DNA from: an uncultured archaeon
Lineage (GTDB): Archaea > Asgardarchaeota > Thorarchaeia > Thorarchaeales > Thorarchaeaceae
Assembly: GCA_964473825.1 (NCBI GenBank)
Contig: CAYYQL010000008.1
Span: 1 to 64,000 of the forward strand
Direction of reading: 5' to 3'
Length of the DNA stretch: 64,000 nt
Part shown: positions 1-10,115 of the stretch, one piece after another
How the letters are laid out: each line of letters opens with the position of its first letter
Position numbering within the stretch: position 1 is the first letter of the stretch
Position numbers and translations under genes: made by a program
Notes under the pieces: model-generated
Seen by the model: only the letters and a program-made list of their open reading frames with translations
Databases searched by the model: none
What the model was told of the DNA's origin: nothing

Positions 1-164
1 TTGTTCCAAAACTCAAGAACCTTCTAGCATCTGGATCGAGCAAGCCGCCCACGGAGCTGGCGGCAGAGCTTGGCTTCGACATCGGAAGCACCAAGTTCTG
101 GCAGAAGGGCATGGATCAGGCCGCTGAGTTCATCGAGATGCTGAAGGAAAACATGGATGAATAG
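1..164 (+). CDS. pepF: C-terminal fragment of M3B oligoendopeptidase F (5' truncated by window edge)
   Basis: Frame from nt 3 reads VPKLKNLLASGSSKPPTELAAELGFDIGSTKFWQKGMDQAAEFIEMLKENMDE*, matching the PepF C-terminal pattern (LLxxGGSxxPxEL...G.D....FWqkG). Not in ORF track. Confidence 0.75.
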   Translation, partial: VPKLKNLLASGSSKPPTELAAELGFDIGSTKFWQKGMDQAAEFIEMLKENMDE

Positions 165-570
165 TCCAATCCATTCTGCGCATGAGAAGGGGGCTGGCAG
201 AGCCGCAAGCCTCCCTGCCAACTCCTCTAGTCCACTACTCAACGCGAAGGAATGGGTTCAGGAATCGAATACTCCTGATTGTGTCATGGGAGTTTCCATA
301 AGTAAGACCTGAGCCTCAATTTCATGTGTGGGGCTTATAGGACTGGGTCACTGTTCATTTTTAGGTGGACAGTGCTGGACACCAAAGCATTGTCCGTCCA
401 GAAACGGTACTGGAACTGGCTCTGTCATGGTCAGTGATCTTGTGTCTTTCAACCAGTCTCTAATATCTGCTCAGACCTAATGAATTCCTATCAAATTCTG
501 TCCAACAATGTCAAAGTTTCTTCGCAGCTGTTTGCAACCCATGAGTTTTGCAACAGAGCCAATGAATACA

Positions 571-590
571 CCAAAGCTTATAATAGCTCA
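571..590 (+). promoter_or_regulatory. Putative archaeal BRE/TATA promoter of the giant surface-protein gene
   Basis: CCAAAGC-TTATAATA, with the TATA box starting 27 nt upstream of ATG 605; spacing fits a leaderless transcript. Confidence 0.45.
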
Positions 591-604
591 AGCTCGCATT
601 CATT

Positions 605-3600
605 ATGGATGTGCCGCCAATTACATCAGATAGCATGCCTTCTATTAGATTAGTAGCGATTCTTGGATTTCTGTTTTTACTCTTTATGAATTCGGGAGTC
701 ACTGTGAATGATCATAATGATGTCAGCTCTGAAATAGCGATTGAACCAACTCGATTCACCGAGAGTGCTTCATCTGGTGATGTAAATATCACTGAGGATA
801 CACTTTGGGCTGATGATACAATGGACCTCGAACGAGGTATATCAATTCAGTCTAGTGCTACGCTTACACTCAGAAATGTTACTCTAAATCTCAATCAAGA
901 CAATTATTCATCCTGCAGTATAGAAGTTGAAGATGGTGGAACACTCATTATTGAACAAGGAAGCAGTCTAAATACATACTCTAATACTACGAATATGTAT
1001 TCGATCGAGTACAAGAGTGGAGCTAATGGTAATATCTCAGACTCAACTATAACGCGCTGTTATACTATTTACTTGCTTACGACTGAGAATGGTCCTAATT
1101 ATATTCTGATTTACAACAATACATTCTACGACTGGGGCAATTATCATTATGGAATAATCCATGGTCAACATGCTAATCAGATCAATATCACAAACAACGA
1201 CTTCTGTAATCCTGACCATGACTCGCTTAGAACGATATATCTCAGGTATGCTCAGAATGCTACTATTGTCGGAAATAGATTCCATGATTATTCAATAGTG
1301 AATGAATCTATTTTGTCTTCCGAGGATAGAAATATCATAACTCTCCATCTACATGAAACTCTTGGTCCAATCCATTCAACCATCTCTGGCAACACCTTCG
1401 AGAACCTAGGAATATCAGGTCATGACGGCGTGACTTGCATTTTTACAGGTCCTCCGAACGTAACAATTTCTAATAACACATTCACTAACATTCGCGGCTT
1501 TGGGATTTTTAGTAAAGGTGCTGATACGATAATCGAAGGTAACACTTTTTCAAATATGTATGCGAGTAGGAAAGGGATGGTTGGAGATCCACTACCAAGT
1601 ACAGCTATCTATCTTTTTGACTCTTCTTTCCGAAATACTATCCAAAGGAATTCCATTGAGAACTGCGCAGGTGGTGGAATCTGGGATCATAGAGCCTCTA
1701 ATACTACAATATCCGAGAATACCATTGTTGATTGCACTGCTGGAATTCTACTGGGATCTGGGGTCTATATCTGGGGGGGATCTGGTCACACCTCTGACAA
1801 TGCTACTATTACTGGGAATCTATTGGTCTCAAATGGATACGGATTGAAAATCAACGATGCTGCAAATGCTACAATCTATGAGAACGCATTCATCATGAAT
1901 GATGAAGCTGCTCAGAGTAATATGGTGACTGATATCAATTGGAATAAATCATCAGTAGGAAACCTTTGGTTCGGTCATTTCACGGGTATAGACTCTGACC
2001 ACGATTGGATTGCTGATGCTGGTGATACTCCCTTTGTCTATTCTCAAAACATAACAGATCATAGCCCAACCTTCAAGGTTGGAGCCCTCCCTCCTGGTTC
2101 CGGAGACTGGTACATTGATACTCCTACAGTATTCCAGTGGAATGAGATTACTGTGGACGGGGACATAGATGTCGTATCTCCAGCTGGCAGTCTTATTCTA
2201 TTGAATACCTCTGTAGCTCATGCAGGTCAATTAAATATTAACAATGAAAAGGGTGCTCTTGTTGGATACATTAATGCATCATTTGCTGATGACGTGGCTA
2301 TGTATTCCTATCACAGCCCTGCATTATACAATTGTACCTTTGATGGATCACTCCACCTCTATTTGAATGGTTATGAAGTCATGATGGATGCAACAGAGGT
2401 TGCCGGAATGCTCTATGTTCACAATGCAACTTCTGGTTTTGTTTCAAGATGTAATCTCTCTACCTTCCAGCTCTACCGTTCATCCGATATCACAGTGTCC
2501 GATTGTTCAGTAAGTGAAAGATTGTACATTCTTAGATCTATTGGTATTGAATTACAAGACTGTCATCTTGATTTTACATCATCAACTCAGGCTACACCCC
2601 TTGAGTTCCGCGAGAGCTCAGATGTCCTAGTATATTCAAATGAGATTATCTGTGCGGGTAAGACCATCAGTGCCTCTTATTCACCTCATATTACATTCCT
2701 TGAAAATGACTTCTATCATGCCAGCTTGCAAGCCCATTCTACAGATTTCATGAATTTCACATACAACGATTTCTATTATGGCGGTCTCCGGATAGGACTG
2801 GATTGGGCTCTTAGTCACAATGTGACCTTTTCATACAATACTGTTGACGGTAATGGAGGGTATGGAATAGTCGTTAGAGGTGAGAATGCGACGATAACCC
2901 ACAACACTCTCTACAACTGTTCCTCGGGTGTTTATCTTGCGTATTCTTCAGCAAGTGTCCTTTCACATAACACGATCTACAATTGCTCAAGTGAAGGCAT
3001 CAGAATGGGTTCGAATCCAGATGGTATTGTAGAAGGTAATACAATCTTTGATATTGCTGGTGATGGAATACAGCTTTGGTCCAGCAATAATTCTTGGGTA
3101 CTCTCAAATAATGTTTCATTTACAGGCCAAGATGGACTATCATTGAAATATGGTTGTGAATATGCAGTTGTAATGCACAATCTACTCACACACTGTGCAC
3201 GTCATGGGCTCTCACTTTATGAAGCCGATAATTCTGAGTTCTTCAACAATACAATGGCATTCAATGATGCTGCAGGCATCTATGTCGAGGGGCTTCAACT
3301 AAGTAGATTCTGGTTAAACGTTCTTTACGAGAATGGACAACAGAATATTGCTGAGAGTTGGAGTTCCCCGACAACTCTCTACTTCGATAATGGAACGCAT
3401 GGCAATTTCTGGGGTCCATCAGGGCCTGAAGGAAATGACTATTGCACAAGTTATGATACCGGTGGCAATCCTTGGATAGGCGATATCCCATTCGATGTGG
3501 AATCCGGTGGCGGAGTATACTATGACAATCATCCAATACTAATGAGCAATATGGCTTACTTGGGCTATCCGAATACAATTCCTGTAACGTTCATGATACA

Positions 3601-6600
3601 TGAGAGACTCTATGTTCTAAACACCACAATTTTCTGTCAAGATGGGATGTACATTAGTACTATTGGTAACATTACTTTCATTGGAACAACACTCGTGTTT
3701 GAAAGTGATGGTTCCTATGTACAGCATATTGAAGTTGATAGTGGTGGTTCTCTCACACTGAGAGGTGGAACTGTTATCACAGCAGACCAGACAATTGGCA
3801 CCTACGGATTCATCTTCCGCCCAAGTAGCTACCTTGTCGTGAATGATGCAACTGTTGACCGTTGTGGTTATGGAGCCGGAAACAATGGTTTCAGAGTCAA
3901 TACTACAACTGTATCAATCGAGAGCATCACTGTGTCTAATGCATATTATGAAGGAATGATACTATCCAGTGCACCAAATGTCATGTTATCAGGTTTAACC
4001 GCAATCAACTGCTCTTATGGTCTCTATGTAGAGTCATCCGACTTGGTCGTCGTAAACAATACATTTGTCATTAACTGCTCTTATGGTGTCTATGTGGAGT
4101 CATCCGACTTGGTCGTCGTAAACAATACATTTGTCATTAACTGCAATTATGGCATTTATATAGACTCATCAGCGTCTGTTGACATTTTGAATGCTCAATT
4201 CGATGATTGTGATGTTGGTGTTCAAATAGATGGTACGGATGACGCTTATGTTAAATACAGCGACTTCACAGGATGCAACGATTATGGGCTCTTCGTTTCG
4301 AATGCAAATACTCCTACCATTATGTACAATAAATTCGCTAACATAACCACTGGTATTGGACTAGTGTCAACTACAAATGCACTTGTCTATCTGAATTTCT
4401 TTGGCGACTGTGATACACCCATTGATGATAGTGGAACGGGTACTACTCTCTACAATGGAACTCATGGTAATTTCTATCTGGATTATACTGGTTCGGATCC
4501 TGATGGTGACTTGATTGGCAATTCCATTCACGTCTTAAGTGGAGGTACAGACATTTATCCAATAATGGTTTGGGGCTCATGGCCATCTGTTTCTCAATGG
4601 AGTGTAACAATGGACACCTATTGTCTGGCAACCAACTATACAATAACAGGAAACATCGAGATCTTTGACGGGGCAACACTCTATCTCTATGATGCTCAAT
4701 TGTGGTTTAACTGCTCTTTCGATTCTGAATATGGTTTCTTGATTCATAATGGCGGAGTTTTGAGGTATCTTGGTGGTGCCATAAGAGCCACCAACAATAC
4801 GAATCGCTTTTTGGTTGTTGCTGACGGTTTTGCGTCAATTCATATGCGTGATGTCGTTCTAGAAGGTCTCTACTATATCAGAACGGACACAAATTCAACA
4901 GTACTTGAGAGTTTAACAATTCAGACTTGCTACAAAGGTATCGAGGTAAAGGGCACGAACCTTTGGGGATTATACATTGCTGATATCAATATCGCAGACA
5001 TCGAGCATACAGGAATCTACATAGAGAACTCATATGGGCTTATGGTGAGCAACATCAATATCACTGATTCTCAATATGGTTTCTACCTCGAAGGAAATTA
5101 TGATCTAACACTTTCGAACGTAAACATTGAGGATGTAACTAACACCGGCCTCTACCTTTCTTCATGTGGGAACATCACTGTGATTGGTTGTACATTCAAA
5201 CAAGCAGACACCTCAATATACATTTATTCACATCTCTATGGAACTCTAAATGTAACAAATTGTCATATGGAAGATGCAACACGCGGAATCTATACGGGTA
5301 TTGCTTTCGATGACAATTCTCAACTAGTCATTCAAGATACAACCATGATATCAATAGGAACTGGTGTGCAAGTTGCGAGATTAGATGAGTTATTGATTCG
5401 AAATTGCACATTCAATCCGCATGGTGGTGTGGCTATTAAAATGGAATATCCTGTCGAGTCATTCTCAATCTCCGATTGTATTGGATTCAATGGAAGTGAT
5501 TTCCTTTACATCACTTATGTCACGAATGGAGTCATGGATGCCTGTGAAATCAGTAATTTTACATACGGTGTGCAATATTATCATACTGCCTCTATGTCAA
5601 GTTATGTGAACATTACTTCCAACTACTTCTATGGCTGCGAATATGGAGTTATGACTCGTGCAGTACAGATGTATGTTGTTGGCAACTCTTTTGAATATGG
5701 TACTGATGCAATTCATACTAGTGAAACACATGAACTGATAGTGGCAAATAACACGATTTCGCATTTCAACAATGGTGTCTTTTGTGGTGATGGACCAGTT
5801 AATATATCTCTGTCTGGGAATGTGTATAGTGATTTGACAAATGAAGCTATCTCACTTACGACCGATGTTGGTGTAGGTTGGATATACAATGAAACTATTG
5901 ATGGTTGTAGATATGGAATCTTACTACAGGGTACAACCAATGTTACTGCAGACCATGTGACTGTTTCAAATGCAGAAAGAGGAATCTTTCTTTCTCAGGC
6001 TGTAAATGCAACCCTCTCTAACCTCACAATCAATCTCTGTGAGACAGGAATCTATATCTACTATTCAAAGGATGTGACTCTGCGAGATTGTACCATTACA
6101 AACACAGATACGGGCATTGATTATGCTATCTTTTCCTACGATACTGCAGATCTGGATATTGATACATCAAATCTCTACAATGGATTACCAATCTACTACT
6201 TCTATGACATTGACTCGTACACCTACAGTAATATCGAAACTTACCACTTGACATTAGCATACTCCAGTTTTGTCATCATTGATGATTCGGTTGTTAGAGG
6301 AGATGATTTCAGTGCTTTCTTCTCCAATAATTGTACAGTAGTCAATTCAACAATCAATACATCGCTCTACTTACACTATTGTGAGGATATTCTGATTAAA
6401 GGCAACAGTTTCTCAGATAGTAAGACTATTGTCATTGACAGAGATTCAGGTAGTAATATCACATTTGTAGAAAACGCATTCTGGACACACTATACTTTCT
6501 GGGAAACTGGCTATAATCTCAATGGTTCTGTGTACGGGAACTATTGGTATAACTATGATGGTACAGATGCTGATTTCGATGGCATCGGGGATACCCCATT

Positions 6601-7669
6601 CGAAGTCATAGCCGGGCTCACTGACTACCACCCATTGATTTCTGATCCTTGGAGCTACGAGGTAATCATAACCTTTGAAGGTATAAGTGATGATGATACA
6701 ATAAGCCACAAGACTCCAATTGTTGTGAATATTGCTGTCATCACCGGACTCTACTTTACTGGCACCCCAAGTATTGAAACCAGTATGCTCCTTAATCTAA
6801 CACCAGTTGAAACTGGAACCACTGGTGTGATTGAGTACTCAATTGCGTCTTCGTTCTCTGACGGTTGGTACAATTTATCCGTATCTTCAACTGATGGCAC
6901 TAGAGTTTGGTTCTTATCAATTGGTATCACCTTGGATACAACCGCACCAATACTATCAACAGATAATGAGGATATGCAAACGTCATCATCATCATCAATC
7001 GATATCTCCAGTACTGCGACCGATGAATTATCAATGATTGGATGGATTGCAATATACATAGATGGAGCTGTTGTAGTGAATAGAACCAGTTCCTACCATA
7101 TATGCCATGTCGGTTATTCGCTACCCTACGTTGAAGATAGAAGTCACAATGTCACAATTGTTGCAGTTGATGAGATTGGCAATATGGTTGTTGAAACTAT
7201 CACCGTATACTTCGATACGACACATCCAATTCTCAGCAGTCCAGAAGACATAGTATTAGAGCTAGGTGAGTCTTATTCTCTGACTTGGACAGTCGACGAT
7301 TTGACACCCTTTTACTACAATATCACAATCGGTGGCATATCATATGAGAATGGACTCATTGAGAATGGTGTAATCACATACGATATTCCCTTCTTGGATG
7401 TTGGATACTACACTATTGGGATCACGGTGACTGATAGAGCCGAACATCAGTCTTATGATAGTGTAGAGATTCAGATTACTGAGCAGTCAACAACTACTAC
7501 GACAACTACAACCACTGTCACGACGACTGATACCTCAACGACAGCTACACCCACCCCACCAGCTGATGGTGATGACCCTATGATGACTGTCATAGTAATT
7601 GCAATTGGTGGAGTGGCAGTAGTTATTTTGATGGTGGTACTCCAGAAGAAGGGCATAATTAAAAGATGA
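605..7669 (+). CDS. Giant cell-surface protein: tandem right-handed parallel beta-helix (NosD/pectin-lyase-like) modules, Ig-like domains, Thr-rich stalk, C-terminal TM anchor
   Basis: N-terminal hydrophobic signal; many 'I.gN.f.n...GI.l' coils; four NosD-type caps (e.g. GNYWYNYDGTDADFDGIGDTPF); DTTAP/DTTHP Ig-like boundaries; poly-Thr; TM followed by KKGIIKR; many N-x-S/T sequons. Confidence 0.85.
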   Translation: MDVPPITSDSMPSIRLVAILGFLFLLFMNSGVTVNDHNDVSSEIAIEPTRFTESASSGDVNITEDTLWADDTMDLERGISIQSSATLTLRNVTLNLNQDNYSSCSIEVEDGGTLIIEQGSSLNTYSNTTNMYSIEYKSGANGNISDSTITRCYTIYLLTTENGPNYILIYNNTFYDWGNYHYGIIHGQHANQINITNNDFCNPDHDSLRTIYLRYAQNATIVGNRFHDYSIVNESILSSEDRNIITLHLHETLGPIHSTISGNTFENLGISGHDGVTCIFTGPPNVTISNNTFTNIRGFGIFSKGADTIIEGNTFSNMYASRKGMVGDPLPSTAIYLFDSSFRNTIQRNSIENCAGGGIWDHRASNTTISENTIVDCTAGILLGSGVYIWGGSGHTSDNATITGNLLVSNGYGLKINDAANATIYENAFIMNDEAAQSNMVTDINWNKSSVGNLWFGHFTGIDSDHDWIADAGDTPFVYSQNITDHSPTFKVGALPPGSGDWYIDTPTVFQWNEITVDGDIDVVSPAGSLILLNTSVAHAGQLNINNEKGALVGYINASFADDVAMYSYHSPALYNCTFDGSLHLYLNGYEVMMDATEVAGMLYVHNATSGFVSRCNLSTFQLYRSSDITVSDCSVSERLYILRSIGIELQDCHLDFTSSTQATPLEFRESSDVLVYSNEIICAGKTISASYSPHITFLENDFYHASLQAHSTDFMNFTYNDFYYGGLRIGLDWALSHNVTFSYNTVDGNGGYGIVVRGENATITHNTLYNCSSGVYLAYSSASVLSHNTIYNCSSEGIRMGSNPDGIVEGNTIFDIAGDGIQLWSSNNSWVLSNNVSFTGQDGLSLKYGCEYAVVMHNLLTHCARHGLSLYEADNSEFFNNTMAFNDAAGIYVEGLQLSRFWLNVLYENGQQNIAESWSSPTTLYFDNGTHGNFWGPSGPEGNDYCTSYDTGGNPWIGDIPFDVESGGGVYYDNHPILMSNMAYLGYPNTIPVTFMIHERLYVLNTTIFCQDGMYISTIGNITFIGTTLVFESDGSYVQHIEVDSGGSLTLRGGTVITADQTIGTYGFIFRPSSYLVVNDATVDRCGYGAGNNGFRVNTTTVSIESITVSNAYYEGMILSSAPNVMLSGLTAINCSYGLYVESSDLVVVNNTFVINCSYGVYVESSDLVVVNNTFVINCNYGIYIDSSASVDILNAQFDDCDVGVQIDGTDDAYVKYSDFTGCNDYGLFVSNANTPTIMYNKFANITTGIGLVSTTNALVYLNFFGDCDTPIDDSGTGTTLYNGTHGNFYLDYTGSDPDGDLIGNSIHVLSGGTDIYPIMVWGSWPSVSQWSVTMDTYCLATNYTITGNIEIFDGATLYLYDAQLWFNCSFDSEYGFLIHNGGVLRYLGGAIRATNNTNRFLVVADGFASIHMRDVVLEGLYYIRTDTNSTVLESLTIQTCYKGIEVKGTNLWGLYIADINIADIEHTGIYIENSYGLMVSNINITDSQYGFYLEGNYDLTLSNVNIEDVTNTGLYLSSCGNITVIGCTFKQADTSIYIYSHLYGTLNVTNCHMEDATRGIYTGIAFDDNSQLVIQDTTMISIGTGVQVARLDELLIRNCTFNPHGGVAIKMEYPVESFSISDCIGFNGSDFLYITYVTNGVMDACEISNFTYGVQYYHTASMSSYVNITSNYFYGCEYGVMTRAVQMYVVGNSFEYGTDAIHTSETHELIVANNTISHFNNGVFCGDGPVNISLSGNVYSDLTNEAISLTTDVGVGWIYNETIDGCRYGILLQGTTNVTADHVTVSNAERGIFLSQAVNATLSNLTINLCETGIYIYYSKDVTLRDCTITNTDTGIDYAIFSYDTADLDIDTSNLYNGLPIYYFYDIDSYTYSNIETYHLTLAYSSFVIIDDSVVRGDDFSAFFSNNCTVVNSTINTSLYLHYCEDILIKGNSFSDSKTIVIDRDSGSNITFVENAFWTHYTFWETGYNLNGSVYGNYWYNYDGTDADFDGIGDTPFEVIAGLTDYHPLISDPWSYEVIITFEGISDDDTISHKTPIVVNIAVITGLYFTGTPSIETSMLLNLTPVETGTTGVIEYSIASSFSDGWYNLSVSSTDGTRVWFLSIGITLDTTAPILSTDNEDMQTSSSSSIDISSTATDELSMIGWIAIYIDGAVVVNRTSSYHICHVGYSLPYVEDRSHNVTIVAVDEIGNMVVETITVYFDTTHPILSSPEDIVLELGESYSLTWTVDDLTPFYYNITIGGISYENGLIENGVITYDIPFLDVGYYTIGITVTDRAEHQSYDSVEIQITEQSTTTTTTTTTVTTTDTSTTATPTPPADGDDPMMTVIVIAIGGVAVVILMVVLQKKGIIKR
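4007..4153 (+). repeat. Intragenic 66-bp tandem duplication (2 copies plus partial third)
   Basis: 4007-4072 and 4073-4138 differ at only 2 nt; the unit encodes NCSYG(L/V)YVESSDLVVVNNTFVI, i.e. one 22-aa beta-helix coil. Confidence 0.95.
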
Positions 7670-8109
7670 ATACTGAGCGGGGAGTATTGCTCACTATGCC
7701 CTGTCCATTCATCTACAACACCAAGGAAGAATGCGAATTCTCTATTCTCATCACACAGTATTATATATACTGCAGATAGGGGTGTTGAGCTCCCGTAATG
7801 CAGTAGATTCAGCTCTGCAGTGAAGCGGCCCAAGTCTGCTATCGCCATGCGTGTGGGCAAGAACTTCACGAAAGAAGGGCCATGCCGTGACGAACCACAA
7901 CTATCGGAATGTGTCTGTACTTCTCGTAAATAGGCAATAAGGCGTTTCTGTTACTGTTCAGAGCCTAAAAGGAGGACAAGGCCACCATCAACGGATAGCA
8001 TAGACCTGATTGCCAACCACAATCTCATGAGGGATTTTCAAACGCCGGGTCTGTTAAGGTAGAACATCATGCGGCCTTTCTTGGCACGCTGCTCGGCATA
8101 GTACAGAAT

Positions 8110-9405
8110 CTATGATTCGGCCAACTTGAACCCAAGCTCAAAGAGAGTTCCCCGTTGGCCTTGCTCATTCACGTGTTTTCTGACTTTCATCGAGACGTCG
8201 CAGAGCAAAGACAATCCCTTGATGATTATTATCCCAACTCCAACACCCGGTGCTGAAGAATCTGAGAGCGCATCGGGGTTGTTCAGAAACTGCTGAACGT
8301 CTTCAGGCAATCCTCCTGCGTCATCGACGATATTGACAACCAATTCTTGGCCCCTGCTTGAGGCAATAAGGTGAAGCCGGGAAGCTCCGTGTTTAAACGC
8401 GTTGTCGAAGATGTTCCAGAAGAGATCTTTCACAATGGGACATGACAGAACCATGACATCTTCCTCAAGCTCCATTGAGATTGTTCCGGATTCCAGTCCG
8501 TACTCCCTTCTTACTCTTGTCGATACATCATCCAGCACGTTTTTGAGATTGACTGGTGCTGCCTCGATTTCAAATCGACTCATTTTCGCAGTAAGGTCCC
8601 GCATGTCCTGTACGAATTCATACATGCTGTTGATGATCTCTAAGGACAGCTGCAACCACGTTTCACGTTCTTCTTCCGAAGCGATACTCTGTTCTATGGA
8701 CTCTCGGGCTGTTCCCACGTAATTACGAATATCGTGCCGAAATATGCTTCCTACGAGCCGGTTTATTTTATACTGCGCTTCGAGTTTCTCATTTGTTTCT
8801 CGAATGAAGTGCATGAGAAACCCAGCTCCGGTGAGAATGACTCCCGTCGCAGTGAGCATTACTTGAATCTCGACTAGACGGAACACCTCAAGAGGTAGAA
8901 AGAGTAGTGTTGAGACTCCCCAGAGTAAGAGCCCTGAATACGCGATCCAGAAGCCCGTACCTGGGTTGTTCACATCATTCTTGAGGTGCGCAGCGGTGGA
9001 CCAACAAGAAAATGTGGTGAAGATTCCAACAATCGAGAAGACAACACCGTAAGAGGTTCCAATCCAGAGCCCAATTGGGACAATAGCGAAGCCGATTGCT
9101 GGTGCTATGACATACATCGCTAGTTCCTTTCCGACCCTTCGCTTGTTCATTGTTCCATCGAGTAGGAACAGAGACCCCAAGAGCATCCCTGAAGTTGATA
9201 TGACATCCATCATCAGCAAGCCATGTCCCTCTATGACAATGGTCGTTATAGCTGCAAAAGAGTATGTTGTGAATCCCAAAGCCCAAAGCCGGTATCGAAC
9301 TCCCCGCGAAAATCTGTATAGACCGTAAGAAACTAGCACAAGAAAGGCAATCAGAACTTCAAAGTATAGAACAAGCTCAGGTGGGACCAAGGTGAAATTC
9401 TGCAT
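8110..9405 (-). CDS. Membrane-bound sensor histidine kinase (about 7 TM plus HisKA/HATPase)
   Basis: H-box FRHDIRNY, N-box NIFDNAFKHG, G1-like DDAGG, G2 GVGVG; hydrophobic N-terminal half. Confidence 0.85.
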   Translation of the reverse strand: MQNFTLVPPELVLYFEVLIAFLVLVSYGLYRFSRGVRYRLWALGFTTYSFAAITTIVIEGHGLLMMDVISTSGMLLGSLFLLDGTMNKRRVGKELAMYVIAPAIGFAIVPIGLWIGTSYGVVFSIVGIFTTFSCWSTAAHLKNDVNNPGTGFWIAYSGLLLWGVSTLLFLPLEVFRLVEIQVMLTATGVILTGAGFLMHFIRETNEKLEAQYKINRLVGSIFRHDIRNYVGTARESIEQSIASEEERETWLQLSLEIINSMYEFVQDMRDLTAKMSRFEIEAAPVNLKNVLDDVSTRVRREYGLESGTISMELEEDVMVLSCPIVKDLFWNIFDNAFKHGASRLHLIASSRGQELVVNIVDDAGGLPEDVQQFLNNPDALSDSSAPGVGVGIIIIKGLSLLCDVSMKVRKHVNEQGQRGTLFELGFKLAES

Positions 9406-9670
9406 TTGGAGGTACGTCCTTGTCGATGCAGTGTTAACAGCGGAGTTGACAGATTAGTGAATGTACCCAATTGTATTATCCTTTCTGGTGATGAATGGAG
9501 CCAATGCGGATAGGGAGTAAAATCTCTTAAGAGAGGACTCTTGAGGGGTTTGAATCTGACCACAGCTCAAGGCTGGAGCGGTTTCAATACAGGATGGCCC
9601 ATCCTCTGCAGACTGACCACTAGTATAACCGTGGTGTTCTGCAGATCATTTTCGTAGCAGAGGGGTATCT

Positions 9671-9973
9671 CTACGTCCACTCGTCCGTGTCGTCAGAGTT
9701 ACTCGCTTGTGTTAGAAACTGTTTGTAGACGAAAAGCGCTTCCTCTTCATCCTTTGCGCCTTGCACAAGTGCACTTCCTGTTGACATCAGGGTCACAGTA
9801 ACCTCCTCATCGAGTTTCACCATGATAGAGGATTTTCTGTCTGTGATATTGTAGATGTTGGCTAGCCTACTAGCTAAAGCGCTGAGGTCGAGGTTCCTGC
9901 GTTTTAGTGGTGTTACTCTAAAGCTCTTCTCACAGACCATTGTGACAGCAGGTTTTTCGGAGTCATCAGTCAT
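9671..9973 (-). CDS. Small protein resembling the stand-alone C-terminal domain of MoeB/ThiF-like proteins (TBP-like fold)
   Basis: Pattern C...F.V.P....LDL..LA.RL ... VTLMSTGSALVQGAKDEEEA..VY. Confidence 0.5.
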   Translation of the reverse strand: MTDDSEKPAVTMVCEKSFRVTPLKRRNLDLSALASRLANIYNITDRKSSIMVKLDEEVTVTLMSTGSALVQGAKDEEEALFVYKQFLTQASNSDDTDEWT

Positions 9974-10115
9974 ACGTGTCTCTCATGATTAGCGGGTTTC
10001 TTGCTTTTCACGTTTTCCACTCTAGAAGGACGCTGCTGCATATACACTTACCATTTAGAAACTCCACAACTTATTAACCACTAAACAATTGTGAATACGC
10101 GGAGAATTACCTACT

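Noticed and set aside
185-230. GC-rich imperfect hairpin after pepF as an ncRNA
   Set aside because: Adequately explained as a 3' UTR or terminator stem; no family features.
3008-3018. GGTTCGAATCC, a tRNA T-loop-like sequence
   Set aside because: Lies in frame within the giant CDS (MGSNP); no cloverleaf or acceptor stem around it.
4007-4138. Near-identical repeat pair as a DGR template/variable repeat or CRISPR
   Set aside because: Directly tandem with no spacers, mismatches not adenine-specific, and no reverse transcriptase or cas gene in the window.
7489-7560. ACN trinucleotide run
   Set aside because: Mixed codons encoding an ordinary Thr-rich stalk; not an independent repeat element.
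7670-8109. 440-bp gap after the giant gene as a mobile-element remnant
   Set aside because: No terminal inverted repeats, target duplication or transposase-like translation could be supported.
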